Shown: piece by piece, positions 12,549 to 25,353 of the stretch
How positions within the stretch are numbered: the first letter of the stretch is position 1
Layout: every line of letters begins with the position of its first letter
Made by a program: the position numbers and the translations under genes
Source: Paraphysomonas bandaiensis
Lineage: Eukaryota > Protista > Chrysophyceae
Reading direction: 5' to 3'
Assembly: GCA_965644295.1 (NCBI GenBank)
Contig: CBFFRP010000352.1
Coordinates: 363,310 to 427,309 of the forward strand
DNA: 64,000 nt
The notes under the pieces: model-generated
Told to the model about the DNA's origin: nothing
The model's input: the letters and a program-made list of their open reading frames with translations, nothing else
The model's database searches: none

Positions 12549-14577
12549 CTACTCTTGAAAGAGTAACTCTGATTCCTTCCGCAGTAACCTCGTTAAATAA
12601 TTCGCTAATCCACACGCATCTAATGCACTCACCTACATTGGGTACCCATAGTTACATAGCAGACGATATATACAAGATACGTACAGTAGATGGAAAGGTG
12701 CAATACAGCTCCGAATCCGATGTGGCCAATCCAACCACCACACTCTGCAATATATTGCACAAATATCAGTACTCATACAAACATATCACTTTCTACAACG
12801 CACCCCGGATTCCATTACCGAGTATGCGAGAGCATGGTCAGAGGCAGGGTCATTGGCAAGTGCATTAAATTGTGTTTTGCGACCATCGCACGAGCTATCA
12901 GCAGTGGAGTTGAGGGACTGCAACAGGGTACATTCCGGCCCAGAGGCACCTTCTCTCAGACAAGCACCCAATCGAAAACATTGGCACCATATCCTGTTCA
13001 AGCACTCAACTTACAAAGGAAATCTATGTAAAAGCAACTATATATATGTTGTACACGACCACCATACCCAACACAGTAACACTGCTCGTTGGACACACAC
13101 CTATTTATGCTGTCTGGACCAGTAGCATCTGGTGTGAATTCCTCCCCTCCACTCCATATACACTGAGCCGGGATACCCTCCCCGGGAGTAAACTTGTAGA
13201 AATAGTGCATACAGCGCACCGCAGTCAGATATCCTGCACCTGAAATATAGTCACAATTTTGCAATAGCTTGAAGACGCCACAGAATAATGATACTCTAGA
13301 AACTGTCAATTATCACAAGAATTACGCACTTGATGATGACTGGAGATCGATAGACTTCTCAATACGACTAGCAATGCCGTGTTTACCAATATTCTACAAA
13401 AATGCAACAACCAATTGGTAAGATTGAAATACGAATACAGCACAACACACCTCCTCAAGTGTCAGGCGTGCCTCATGCAATAACTTAAATTCGGAAGCAT
13501 CAGCTGCTGTGGCCGATATCAGTATCAGCGAAAGGGATTGTGCATCAGCGGAAGAATTAGATAACTTCAGCGTGGATATATACGCCTAGTTTTTATAATA
13601 AGCGAATGCACAACATAAAAGAGCAAATGCCAGAACAGGCGTGCGGTCTAAACTATATAGAACTCTATATATCTGCAGGTAGATACCTGAACATATCCAC
13701 CAGCATTTAAAGATGGAAGGCATAAAGGAACGCAGTTCTGATCATGGCCCCGCAGCGATGATGAATTGTGCACGAAGTGAGCCAACAAGAGCACATCTGT
13801 GACACATATAAGATCACGGGTAACCACAAGATGTCATACCTGTGACGTCAACGTAAACTTGCATTCTATCATTGGTGGTATATACAAGTAGTGAATCTTC
13901 GTAGAATATCAACCCAAACCTGCAAAATAGGTAGAATTGAGATGTGAGATGACGTAACACAGAGAATGCGATTGGCGTACGCAGCAGTAGCCTGCACCAG
14001 AGCGGCTTTCAAATGTTCTTGAAGTTGGTCTCTTATATCCGGCTCCATTGCAAAAGCCCGCACAGCCTTATATACTATACAAGGTGAAGTGGTGGAACTG
14101 TCGCATGCGGCATGTAGAAGACGAGTCGTATCATTTCCAAGTAACTCTCGAAGATCTTTCGATGGGTTGGAAGCCAACATGTCATGAACCTTGGATGTTA
14201 AAACAAACAGAATCTGGTTGTGCATAAATTCCAAAAGTTGCCGCAACACAACTTCAGGCTCACCAGAAGATGAAACTGCTATAAAGTAAATGGAACTACA
14301 ACACAAACTCATTAAATCTTCATTGAAAGGCAGCAAACACACACTTCTTAAGAAAATACACTATTCTTCTATGGCCCGCCTTTATACACTGAATTTGGTC
14401 TCCTGAGTCTTGTACAATAGACACCATAGCCTGCAGCAGGCCGAAGACAGTGACCAGCTCCTGCTCATCGCCATGACGGGTGAATATGGGCTTCCCTGCG
14501 CTTGTGAGTACAAACACATGCTTCAGGTTATGCTCCCAAGTGCTTGATTCACCTATATCGCCGTGGGGTTCATCCAT
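12549..14577 (-). CDS. MON1: Vacuolar fusion protein MON1/SAND (Rab7 GEF subunit), multi-exon
   Basis: KHVFVLTSAGKPIFTRHGDE, LRQLLEFMHNQILFVLT, DLRELL, CVPLCLPSLN and C-terminal SELYCTFP. Stop at 12549. Confidence 0.88.
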
Positions 14578-14885
14578 TGTGGTAATGGAAGCATTAATTG
14601 TATGTGAGATGTGTGATATTGACATCCCGAATCTCAGACTATCCCTATCTATCTATGTGTACTCTACTCTGTATATATTTACGGGGTACTATATATATAT
14701 CTCGGTATTTTAGAAAAACCGTAAAATTTTATGCACATATCTAGATTTTACACTTTCTACAAACAGACCACTACACTGCTGTACAGTATATCACACACCT
14801 GCATAGCAGTCATACATATGCAGAGTACTGTATATAGAGCTACTTGTCAGGTCACAATATTATACGAGACGTGCCACTGTACATA

Positions 14886-15488
14886 ATGTCATTAAATTTA
14901 CTAAGTGGTTATGGTTCGAGTGACAGTGAAGATGATGGTGTAGAGCAGGCGAGCTCATCAAAGCCTCTGGAGGCGGAGGACAGCCCTGCCCCTGTCACCA
15001 ATAAGACTGCTACCAAACTACCATCCGCGCTAGACTTATTATCAGGGAACAGTTCGGGAGCATCCATTTGGAAAGGTTATAGTGTTTGTTTGTGTATGGG
15101 CATCTGTGTAACATGATGTGTCTAAAGCGAAACCAGTCAATAACGAGCCAGAGGTACCGATAGTCACAAAGAAATGCGAGAAAGACAAGTCCGAAGATAC
15201 TACACGTAAGCGGAAAGCTGATAATACTCTAGTACCACCTCAGCTTGCTCGACCCAATATTAATACTGAAGACTACAAAGCATGGACAGATAAGAAGACA
15301 GCAGAGAAAACCAAGAAAAAAGGTAGCTATATATATACATTACGATATGTTTCAAACTTTTTTCGGATCGTATAGAAGCCCTGTCGTATAATCAACGGGA
15401 AAAGCGAAAACGAGATTCTGGTCAAACATCCCGAGGAAAAAGCTTCGTAGAGGAAGAGAAAAGGATACTTCGACAACATGGGGTGTGA
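14886..15488 (+). CDS. Small hypothetical protein, probably nuclear, 3 exons
   Basis: MSLNLLSGYGSSDSEDD...LVPPQLARPNINTED...REKRKRDSGQTSRGKSFVEEEKRILRQ, joined by plausible short GT-AG introns. Confidence 0.7.
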
Positions 15489-16009
15489 GACATTTCATAT
15501 AATGTGCATACAGTTTGATGTTTTGTGACAATTGTGCATTATTTCTTGACTTAGTGGTGTGATACTAGTAAGACAATGCAATCATTGTAAAAAGTTAATT
15601 TCACGGCACTACAGAGGTACAATATCAGCTTATATCTTGTGTAATAGTGCCCACGAAATGATCTGTGACCCTACCTCGTAGAAACGGTGATTGCGATTAG
15701 CAGTTTTGCATTCTTCGATGCAGAACTATTCGCTATATATATTATATGTAACCATGATAATTAAATATCTCGACTCTGTCAGAATATGTATCATCAAGTA
15801 TTTTTATTATAATTACGAATAAGGTATCTGTATTCTGTATGCCCCAAGCTGATGCCATACGCCATACGGGATGTGAAAACCATTACCGCTATATCCTTGT
15901 TGACACTTGTGATGAAAATTGTACAATAATTCTCTACCCTTCTCTCGTGCTGGTAGCAAGGAACTTATGGTAGCAAGGAACATTCATAGTAAGAAAATCT
16001 TGAAAAGAG

Positions 16010-16355
16010 CTCATTGCTACGCGGAAACAAGGTGATTCTTCAAAAAACGCGACGGAATACCTACATTTTTCTGTGGAGGGAACATGGCGCGCGCCGTTGA
16101 CACCGTTCTCTTCAAAGGAAGGGTAGGAAATATGTACAATATAGTTGGTCCTAACACACTTAAGAACACGGACGTGATTTGATATGTGTCATAGGATATA
16201 CCAATGCTGACAAAAAGATGCAATTCGCTAAAGCTCCGTAATTTACCTGCTTGAGTTATCATATTAACTCGAGCAGATTAATTGTACTTGAATGGCGAGA
16301 ACATATGTCCTGGAAAGCAGAGACGATCAGGTGGTACCAGATCAATTCACGCTGG
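16010..16355 (+). pseudogene. Relic of the C-terminal half of an NDP-glucose 4,6-dehydratase (RmlB/RHM/TGDS-like)
   Basis: MARAVDTVLFKGRVGNMYNI* and, after a frameshift, MQFAKAP*F..YHINSSRLIVLEWREHMSWKAETIRWYQIN. In-frame stops present. Confidence 0.55.
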
Positions 16356-16833
16356 TTGTATTTCCATATATTATTCTTCTGATGTGTAAAATACTTTTTC
16401 ACCATCTATGTCCGTGTACTTATTAAAGAGTACATTTGCTTGTACGGAAACATATATTCTCGGGAGGGACTTAACAAGGGGGCTGCATATATAGTTTGTA
16501 GAGGATATTTCGTGTACAATGTTTTATAGATTATACATGATGTGCATACTGCACAGTAAAGAATATCTTCGTTGGAGAGCAGGTTTCAATATATTGAAAG
16601 CTCGTGGATAAATTAAAACTCGTTTATGACGTTTAAGGTATTCTTCTCCGTTACCAATCAGATCACACATCATACACATACATGATATTGACTATTGATC
16701 ATTTTGACAATTAAGATCGTTGAGAAAAGTTTATAGTAATTAAACTGGATAGACTCTATTATTATAATTGTATACACAATTGTATGACATGTCAACAACG
16801 TGATAATTTATTTTGTTCATATCAACCACTGTT

Positions 16834-17662
16834 CAATTTTGCACACTGACGCATGAAACAGACATCTACCAAAATCTGTTACAAATTCAAGCTGACTCCA
16901 ATGTCTTCCCTCCATTGTGTGCACTCATCCAGCACATGCATCCACCTTGCACTCTTCTCCCGAGTGACTTACACTAGTAGGAAACCGTGCACCTTCCCCG
17001 CTCGGATGAAAACCTACTAAGCAAGAATAACATAAAAGCACCACAAATGTACCTGACACTGCTTGGAGAACAGTGCCAGAGCCTTGATATAATCTCAATG
17101 ACCTGGGTCAGGAGAAACCAAGACTAGGCAGTAGACGTGTGAGAAGACATGACAGGTCTAATCACATCATTGCCATTGCCATGCATCCATGAGGAAAGTT
17201 TGACGCATTACCTCGGTCATTGGCCGGTCACACAGATACCGAATAATGTGAACTCATACTCAGCATCAATCACTCAAAGCAAACGCAGGGAGCAAGCAGA
17301 ATGTTGATATACCTGACATCTGCTGACTTCAGGTGTTTTGAGTTCTTAAGGTGAACATCCCGGATGCTTAACTTCAGCAGGCAGCCCAATACCCCGGTTA
17401 CCCTTCTGGTGGGCCCTGTCCCGGATGCCCTTGAGGTGGGCCCATTCCCGGATGCCTGTTTATTCGTCAGGGCCCAAAGACGTCTACACAAGTGACACTT
17501 ATTAGTGTCCCTTGTACCACACAAGCATTTGGCTATGAGTGGGCAGAACAATATATCTGCTGACTATATAATATGCGGCTCACGTTAGTTTCCCGGAGAA
17601 ATATCTCCGGTACTTATCCCCCAGAACACCACGAAAAGGTGCGAGTCCGACTTTGTTGAGGG
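16834..17662 (-). mobile_element. Ribozyme-headed retroposon, long form, 3' end deleted
   Basis: Nearly identical to 50508-51328. Intact 5' end CCCTCAACAAAG at 17662. Confidence 0.85.
17576..17662 (-). ncRNA. Putative HDV-like ribozyme (L1Tc/ingi Pr77-like)
   Basis: P1 CCCUCAAC/GUUCUGGG, P2 CGG(A)CUCGC/GUGAGCCG, P3 ACC-UUUUCGU-GGU, perfect P4 CCGGAGA-UAUU-UCUCCGG and J4/2 GAAACUAAC. Confidence 0.65.
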
Positions 17663-17687
17663 ACAGTTATAGCTATATAGTATTTTT

Positions 17688-18234
17688 CAGGGATAGGGAA
17701 AAATATATTGCAATGCTACTGTTACATTGCGTTCCATCAATAATATTGATGGAGTTTTAAAACTGACCCTACAATACTATTGCAATATATCGCCATATAT
17801 TAGTATGACTAATCAGTAAGTAAACACATCCGTAGTTTTTAGTACTTGTCATTATAAGGTCTAAGGTCACTTGATAATCAGACCCACTACTCTTAACTGA
17901 TTAAAAGTTTCCTCATACTCATCCTCTGAGCCATCATCGGTGACAACATCATCATATTCATCCAATATCCAACTTCAGCTTATCATCTTCTGTATTGTTG
18001 CAATAATCACTGTCTTAACGGAGGTTTATGTACATGGACTTATATTTTTAACCCTGCAGTTAAGAATCTTTCTGTATATGACTATCGTAATATTGATTGC
18101 AATATATTTCAATATATTGTGAGCTACTTTAACAGAAACAATATTGATGGAATATTTGACCAGTCCACCAATCAATATATTTTACAATATATTGTACAAT
18201 GTACTGCAATTCAATATATTGTTCCCTATCCCTG
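17688..18234. mobile_element. hAT-type MITE (547 bp)
   Basis: 23-bp TIR CAGGGATAGGGAA(A/C)AATATATTG. Degenerate 8-bp TSD GTATTTTT/ATATCTTT, whose consensus GTATCTTT is present in the homologous repeat at 49 kb. Confidence 0.85.
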
Positions 18235-18727
18235 ATATCTTTGACTACGTATTACTGTTTTTCACATTGTATTTAATGTATTCTATAGTACTATCTTAGA
18301 GAACCATACGTATTCCAACACATGATTCATATTAAACAGCCGAAAATATAGTACTAGTAACGGCTTCAATACCATTGCTCGTGGGAAGCTAGCATTGATT
18401 TATAGACTTGCAACTTCGTCATCTTATTACTATGTTGATAGCGAATATTCCTTGATTAGTAATTGATGTAAAAAGTACGTTTGTTGCGAGACTAGTTCAT
18501 AGTTCATAATACATATATACACATCAATTATCTGCTCTAAGCACTGTAACGGATATAGTTAAATGCACCTACGATTACAACACATATGAGTAATATGGTA
18601 GAATATAGTATATTACAGGTATATTAAGAAATTAAAGGAATTTTTGAACAAAATATATCACTCTGAGCTATATACGTCCACTGGGTGCAGTGAAAAAAAT
18701 CTAAACAAAAACTAATCCTCGCATACT

Positions 18728-20325
18728 CTATGATGCGTCATCTCGTAGATTAGCCGACGGAACCATAAATGTCGCGCTGCACGGAGATTAATTACAACAA
18801 AAAATAGTTATTTACAATACATAATCGAACCTTCCTTGTCTAGATATCGTGATATCCGCTGGTCGCTGGAGCCAAGGTTCCCCATCACACTGCATGGGCA
18901 GCGAAGAGTTGCTATGAATTCGCAATGTATGCCCTTGGGCTATCTTGGTACCTCGGGAGAGTCCCGTCTTGATGACACCCAGGTGAATAACACCGAAAAG
19001 TGCAACTACCTAGCAATAAGGGCACCACAACTCAGCATAGGAGTGCGTTACACAAGATGGCTCACCTCTAGGGTACCATCACTAGGAGTAGATGGTGTCC
19101 ATTGGTCTTCGCTCTGACTTTCCCACACCCTAGAGCCACCAGCATACGAATCCACATTGAGCACCACTATTCCTTCTGTTCCAGGAGGTATATGCACACG
19201 TTTCCCATCGCACCACATCTCAACTGATTCCGTCCGGGATAGATCCACTTTTCGTCTGAATAAATAAATCCGCAGTCCTAGTAAACCGTACCAGGCCTTG
19301 TTCACTACTTGGGAAAAAAAAAGACCTGGTCCCCACTCCCGCATCCGATCGAATGCCATGCTCACTGCCCCATCTACTCCAACGCTAAAGTAATTTACCA
19401 TTAGCTTATCAGCGTAGTATCTGCGCCGCGTCCGTTTCCACCTTGAAGCAGCAGCTTTCATAGGGTCGTGAGATGGAGGAAGCAGAGGATCAATACTAAC
19501 GTTCCAAATGTCAATCGCACAACTACCAGGATCACTATATCGCAGCAGAGCACTCGTCGGATCTGCACATATGTCCTCCCCTGACACCATTGTCACTCCA
19601 GGTGGAAAGAATGAAGTTTGCAAAGTTCGTGCAAGATCGTTTCCCGTCCCTATAGGAACGACACCCACGGGCACCTCAGAAAGGTTGTGTGCACGTAACT
19701 CCTTTAGCACCCAACTTACAGTACCGTCTCCGCCACAGCAGAGAACTCGAATAAGGTGGCCACAATCTGCATACACTCGTAAGAATTCAGAGGGCCTCTT
19801 TGTGCTGAGGTCGCATATTTGGACATCACTAAATACACTTTCAACTGCTTTGAGAACTGCTGCACCTTGTTTACCACCAGACTTCTTGTTCACAAAAACT
19901 AGCAACGGAGAGGAACCACTATTTGCTATATCGACAGGATTCAAACATTTTACCTGTCTCTGGTCATATATATGCGACAACTTTGCAGCGAGTGAGCGGC
20001 GTCTTCTGCCAAGAAATAAACCCAAACCTCTGTAAAAGCGAGTCACAGTAGATGATAATGAAGGAATAAGATCATCGCGCATCGCCTTCACTTTTAATTT
20101 TCTATATAGGCTTCTACTCAACAGCTTCGTGCTGATTCTCTTACTTCTTACGGTACTACTAGCATCGATGCATTTATCTGGAACCTTCATAGCACTGATA
20201 TCTCTCACATTCCGACGGAAATTAGAATGTGAAGAAACTGGTTTCTCGAAAGGACTGGAAATAACATAATTTACAGCAATCATAACTATGATGCAATGGA
20301 CAAGAGAGGTCCACTTCATAGTCAT
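18728..20325 (-). CDS. Diacylglycerol kinase (catalytic and accessory domains), 3 exons
   Basis: PLLVFVNKKSGG, CGGDGTV, PIGTGNDLAR, NYFSVGVDG, SYAGG, DGTLEV and PMQCDGEPW. N-terminal hydrophobic signal-like segment. Confidence 0.9.
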
Positions 20326-20499
20326 AGATATAACTCAGGTGAAACGACGATAAGTTATAACCTGGAGATAAATAAGTGGACGAAACGCACTGCAAGTGCT
20401 CATATAATGAGCATTATCAACTTCAGCAGGCGCATTGAGCGAATATGACGTGCAGCTCCACTTTACCACTATCAAAATCACTCTACTACCAACCTAGCC

Positions 20500-20880
20500 T
20501 ACATACATACATACATACATACATACATACATACATACATACATACATACATACATACATACATACATACATACATACATACATACATACATACATACAT
20601 ACATACATACATACATACATACATACATACATACATACATACATACATACATACATACATACATACATACATACATACATACATACATACATACATACAT
20701 ACATACATACATACATACATACATACATACATACATACATACATACATACATACATACATACATACATACATACATACATACATACATACATACATACAT
20801 ACATACATACATACATACATACATACATACATACATACATACATACATACATACATACATACATACATACATACATACAT
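20500..20880. repeat. Perfect (ACAT)n microsatellite, about 95 units
   Basis: Uninterrupted tetranucleotide repeat at 20501-20880. Confidence 0.99.
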
Positions 20881-20899
20881 GTCTATAGCATTCGTCTAA

Positions 20900-22105
20900 A
20901 TGTTTGACGAGTACTTGGTGCGACTAGTGGCTTCGACTATATCTTTTTCGTTTTCATGTGTCGTTATACTCAGTGTACTCCTGCAGTGTAATGTATGGGG
21001 GAAAATGTTTCATCAGTTGTCTGTTGGTCTGGCGTGCTTTGACCTGGTCTCCACGTCATGTTGGTTTTTTGGTGGGAGTTACGGTTTATCGAATACAATG
21101 TGCTCTATTCAGCAGTATATGTTTAAAGCGGGATCAATATGTAAGGCCACTACAACCGTTGCTATTTGCTACTTATCTATGACCGTTACTGCTTCAATGC
21201 AGAGGCCATCTGCTGTACGTTTTTTATTTGTGTGGGGACTTGCCCTTGGTAGTGCATTAGCTTGTGTGGCAATGTCTGCAATGTTCAACACGTCTCGAAT
21301 TTTCTGTGTTGATGATGATATACATTTTCACTCAATATATGTGAACAATAACGCTTTCGCTTATTTGATTACGTTTCTTGTTCCCCTATACGTGTGTGTG
21401 GCTATTGACGTGATACTTTATATCGTAATTCGACATCGTGTTTGGAATATTCAAGTCCTATGTCCCTGTAGTATTTCTGACCCCACAGAACGTTCAGAAG
21501 AAAGCAAGTTGATATATGTTGTCAACAAGCTTGTTGTGTATCCCATTGTATTTGCGGTATTGTTTTTACCTGAAGTTGTGTCAGCAGCACTTTCATTGTC
21601 AGCTGACCACTATAACGTTTACGCTGTGTCCATTTCATCTCTCACAGTTAGTTTGAGTGGTATGGTATTTTCATGCAACTATTTCATTCAGCAACGGTTC
21701 TATCCGAATTTGAGTCGTCTGTATTTGCACTCACTCAACAACCGTTTTTGGCTAGTGACTCCTCCAGCGTTGTCGCAGGTCACACGAAGCTCCTCTTTTA
21801 CTGGATCGAGATCTAATCGCGTTATAACAGACCCACTCATAGGTGGTTATCATTCAACAAATGAGACTTCGGAATCGAAGTCTTCTTCAAATCAGCGGCT
21901 AAGTTGTTTTACGAATTTCACTTTTTCTGATACAATTGGCAGTGCAAAATCATATAACATGAGTTCTAGAACACCTCCAAACGTTGTTGAAATGGAGCGC
22001 CCCTCCACAACAACTGTTCGGTCTTCGGGTATTCACTCATATATCACTCACTTTACGCACACTAGTGCTACATTGTCAGTACCATCTAGCCTTTCGGATG
22101 GCTAG
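20900..22105 (+). CDS. Seven-transmembrane GPCR-like protein (cAMP receptor/Git3-like)
   Basis: About 7 hydrophobic segments, LACFDL in TM2, Cys before TM3, KLVVYPIVF in TM6 and a Ser-rich tail. Intronless. Confidence 0.7.
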   Translation: MFDEYLVRLVASTISFSFSCVVILSVLLQCNVWGKMFHQLSVGLACFDLVSTSCWFFGGSYGLSNTMCSIQQYMFKAGSICKATTTVAICYLSMTVTASMQRPSAVRFLFVWGLALGSALACVAMSAMFNTSRIFCVDDDIHFHSIYVNNNAFAYLITFLVPLYVCVAIDVILYIVIRHRVWNIQVLCPCSISDPTERSEESKLIYVVNKLVVYPIVFAVLFLPEVVSAALSLSADHYNVYAVSISSLTVSLSGMVFSCNYFIQQRFYPNLSRLYLHSLNNRFWLVTPPALSQVTRSSSFTGSRSNRVITDPLIGGYHSTNETSESKSSSNQRLSCFTNFTFSDTIGSAKSYNMSSRTPPNVVEMERPSTTTVRSSGIHSYITHFTHTSATLSVPSSLSDG

Positions 22106-23204
22106 TGTCAAAGTCAAATGTGGATATCTGTTTATGGTTGTATTATCAGTTGTATCATTTTGGTATATCATTATTGCCTACGTATATTTTTTGTATATAG
22201 CAGTGCGAGAGAAATGATAGCTCAGCGATGTCTGTATCACAATAATACGGTAATATGAAATATATTACTAAATTGACATTTGTGATGTTCATTATCTTCT
22301 CAATTAGTATGTATCGTCCCCCAATGAAATATTAGTGATATATATCTATGATACTGTTAGAACTATTGAGCAATGTAAAAAATGTGTCATCATCCTAAGA
22401 TCTTAAGCCATTACCAATCAAAAACATTAATGGTTTTTTAGATTTTTACATATTTCGCTGAATATGTTACAGATATATCGCTATTGGTAATAGTTTGTGC
22501 TGACAACAAGGCTTCTTTCAAGGAAATATCGCCACTAAAACTAGGTGTCCGCACGAACCATATTAACAAAATGGCTGTATTCTGTGTATCCGTCAAATGC
22601 CCCTTGCCCCATACTGACAGCGTAACTAATCACTGCGTGCGGCCCCCCCAGTGGGTGCTGCTGAGTGTTGCGACCGCGCACTTCTATCTATGTACACATT
22701 GCTCAGTTCAGCAGTTGCCCACTCGGGGTCTCACTGCATATTCAGCGCTGAATACCGTGTGATAATGATGTAGCTAGTTTGGTTCAGTAGGTAGCTAGCA
22801 AATAACGTATGGGACTTAAATCAAGTATTAGTTAGGTACCCACCCGGCTCTACCTAATGGGGCACCCCTGATAAAATAGTTCAATGAATCATATGAGTGG
22901 ATTCGCGCCTTTAATGTATAATACATACAGCGTCCTCCCCACAACACATCACAGCCCCATTATACGGCGTGCGCAAAACAAGCTAATCTATAATTACAAG
23001 CTATGATATTAATTAGTTTTCTATTTAAGAACAAACCTGGTATAAGAAAACAAATACATGCCATTAGAGGCAGTGCACAGCAGTATGACACGCCAACTCT
23101 ACTAAAACAAGTAATTTATACTTTTAAGCTAACTGCAGTTAATAGGCTTCTGGTGAACAAGAATTCTAATTATTTCTACGCAAAGAATTGTAAGATTAGT
23201 CAAT

Positions 23205-24581
23205 TTAAATATACAGCATTCGTACCGGTGGATTTAATAGTGCGTCTTGGACATCAGCGCACTTCGCATATTGCAAAGCCGTTTTTCCTACCTGTTAACA
23301 AATATATCACAAAAGGTACTTAAATAGTATATATCATCAGTTGCGTACACTATCTTGAACAGAATCGTCAGCACCGGCACGTAATAGCGTCGTACAAACT
23401 GCACTGTACCCTTCCATACTGCTCCATATCAAGGCTGTTGACCCGCCCTACACCCATAATTTTCTAACTTAATACACCACACAACACAACCCTAACACGA
23501 CATACATTATCACGAGTATTCACGTTGGCTCCGGCTTCAATTAGCGCATCACAGATGCTGATATAACCTTTTCGAGATGCCCATATCAAAGCCGTCGCTC
23601 CCTCCTGTCAAAGTATAAAACAGATAATTCGAGAAAGAAATACAAGTGTAGATAAAAACCTTGTCCTTCGCATTGACATCCGCCCCTGCCTCAAGTAGAA
23701 TTTTACATACATCCAGCCTCGGCTTATTGATGCACGACCAGATCAGTGCAGTCCCGCCGTCCTGCAAGATAAAAAAAGCTTATCTTACATAACAATATCA
23801 AATTGTTTACTTACGCAATCGTGCGCGTCCAGACAAGCACCCGCTGATACCAAGGCCCGACATATATCTGGTCGATTCTCTAGACTGCACCACATTAGGG
23901 CAGTAAGACCCTCCTAGGTAGTCACACGTTAACATATCGAGCATCAACAAAACTCATGAATACCTTGTCAGTGATATTAATATCAGCACCATGACTTATA
24001 AACTGGTCACAAATATCTTTATGGCCAGCTTTGGTCGCCCATAACAGCGCAGGCATACCATCCTGGTTAAATAATAAGATACGTTCTAGATACATATTCA
24101 TGACACACTTTGTCTTTAATATCTGCACTGGCGCCATTTTCAAGCAGTAGTATACAGGCTCCAACGTGCCCATTTATAGTGGCCCAAATTAGTGGCGTTC
24201 GCCCACCCTATATTTACATTATTAAATAATTTCTACGTGTAACGAGCTTACTTTGTCTCCAATATTTACATCTGCACCAGCTGAAATTAGTTCCGAACAA
24301 ATACGACGGTGTCCCAATCGACTAGACCATATCAGAGGCGTTCGCCCATTCTATACATAACAATATAATGAGATAAATTCTTTGTTGTATTAGATCGACC
24401 CTACATGGTCCACAATGTCAAGGCTGCTCTCGCTCTGTAGTAGAATCCTTCGAAATGTTTCAAGATCATCGATTTGGGCTGCAAAAATCAAATCTCGATT
24501 TTGATCTGCATGAATTCAGTCCGTTAACATGCAGTACTACAATAGAATGAGTGGTATATCACCTTTGTTGATAGAGTTCAT
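23205..24581 (-). CDS. Ankyrin-repeat protein, roughly one repeat per exon
   Basis: Repeated G.T(P/A)LIW...G....C..L...GAD.N..DK exons separated by ~50-70 nt introns. 3' end uncertain. Confidence 0.85.
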
Positions 24582-25236
24582 AGTTCATAAATTAGAAGTA
24601 ATAACTACTTTAATTACGCTGAATATGTGGGTTTATATGATATGCAGAGTAATGTGATTATAATACATATATCGAATACTCCTCCTGAGGTTATGTTAAT
24701 AGGTGTGCTACTTAACACTCTTTACCTTGTGTGTTTGTGCATGCATATGTTGTCAAGAGTGGGCTATATCATAAGGATTAGAGGGGCATCCACGGCATGA
24801 TCTTTCGTTCCATGCATGCATGGCATCATCTGTAGGCGTACCATAGCATACCGGTGTACTCCACACTCTAGCACTCGCAATATTTCGATACAAGGTGTGT
24901 TGCCGCAGGGAAACCGTCGAATTCTAGAATATTGACTGATATTGAATTACAAAATCAGGTATTTTATTGTAGCGCCTGAGAAAATCTATCAAAATACGTG
25001 TTTATATAGACAATCTGACTAACCCACACGGCAACAGTACGCCCATCAACAACTGCATAGGGGCGGTATTCTAGTAAACTACAGACCGTATACATGTGTT
25101 GGAGGCATGATATACGATCGGTATACTCTGCTGTAGTTGTAGTCGACATGAAACGTAATCAAGAGGGTGTGTATGTATGCATGTATGCATATACAGTACA
25201 TAGACACCGACATCTACTTATGGCTACTGGGTCCAC

Positions 25237-25260
25237 TGTGTGTGTGTGTGTGTGTGTGTG
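25237..25260. repeat. (TG)12 microsatellite
   Basis: Read directly from the sequence. Confidence 0.95.
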
Positions 25261-25353
25261 GATTCCTTCAGGATTTATATAACAGAACCACCATTTACAA
25301 AGCATGCTGTGGTTAAGGGTTAGAGCGCAGTTTCTTTGCATCTAGCTGCAGGA

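Larger units (their letters stand above)
16710..18325. repeat. Unclassified AT-rich dispersed repeat (~250 bp) split by two nested insertions
   Basis: Segments 16710-16836, 17663-17687 and 18235-18325 match the reverse complement of 49087-49580. Confidence 0.75.

Noticed and set aside
20445-20888. ORFs reading (HTYI)n and (MYVC)n
   Set aside because: Artefacts of the stop-free (ACAT)n microsatellite.
22480-22870. GC-richer patch ending GGGGCACCCCTG, a possible hAT end
   Set aside because: No partner TIR or TSD found.
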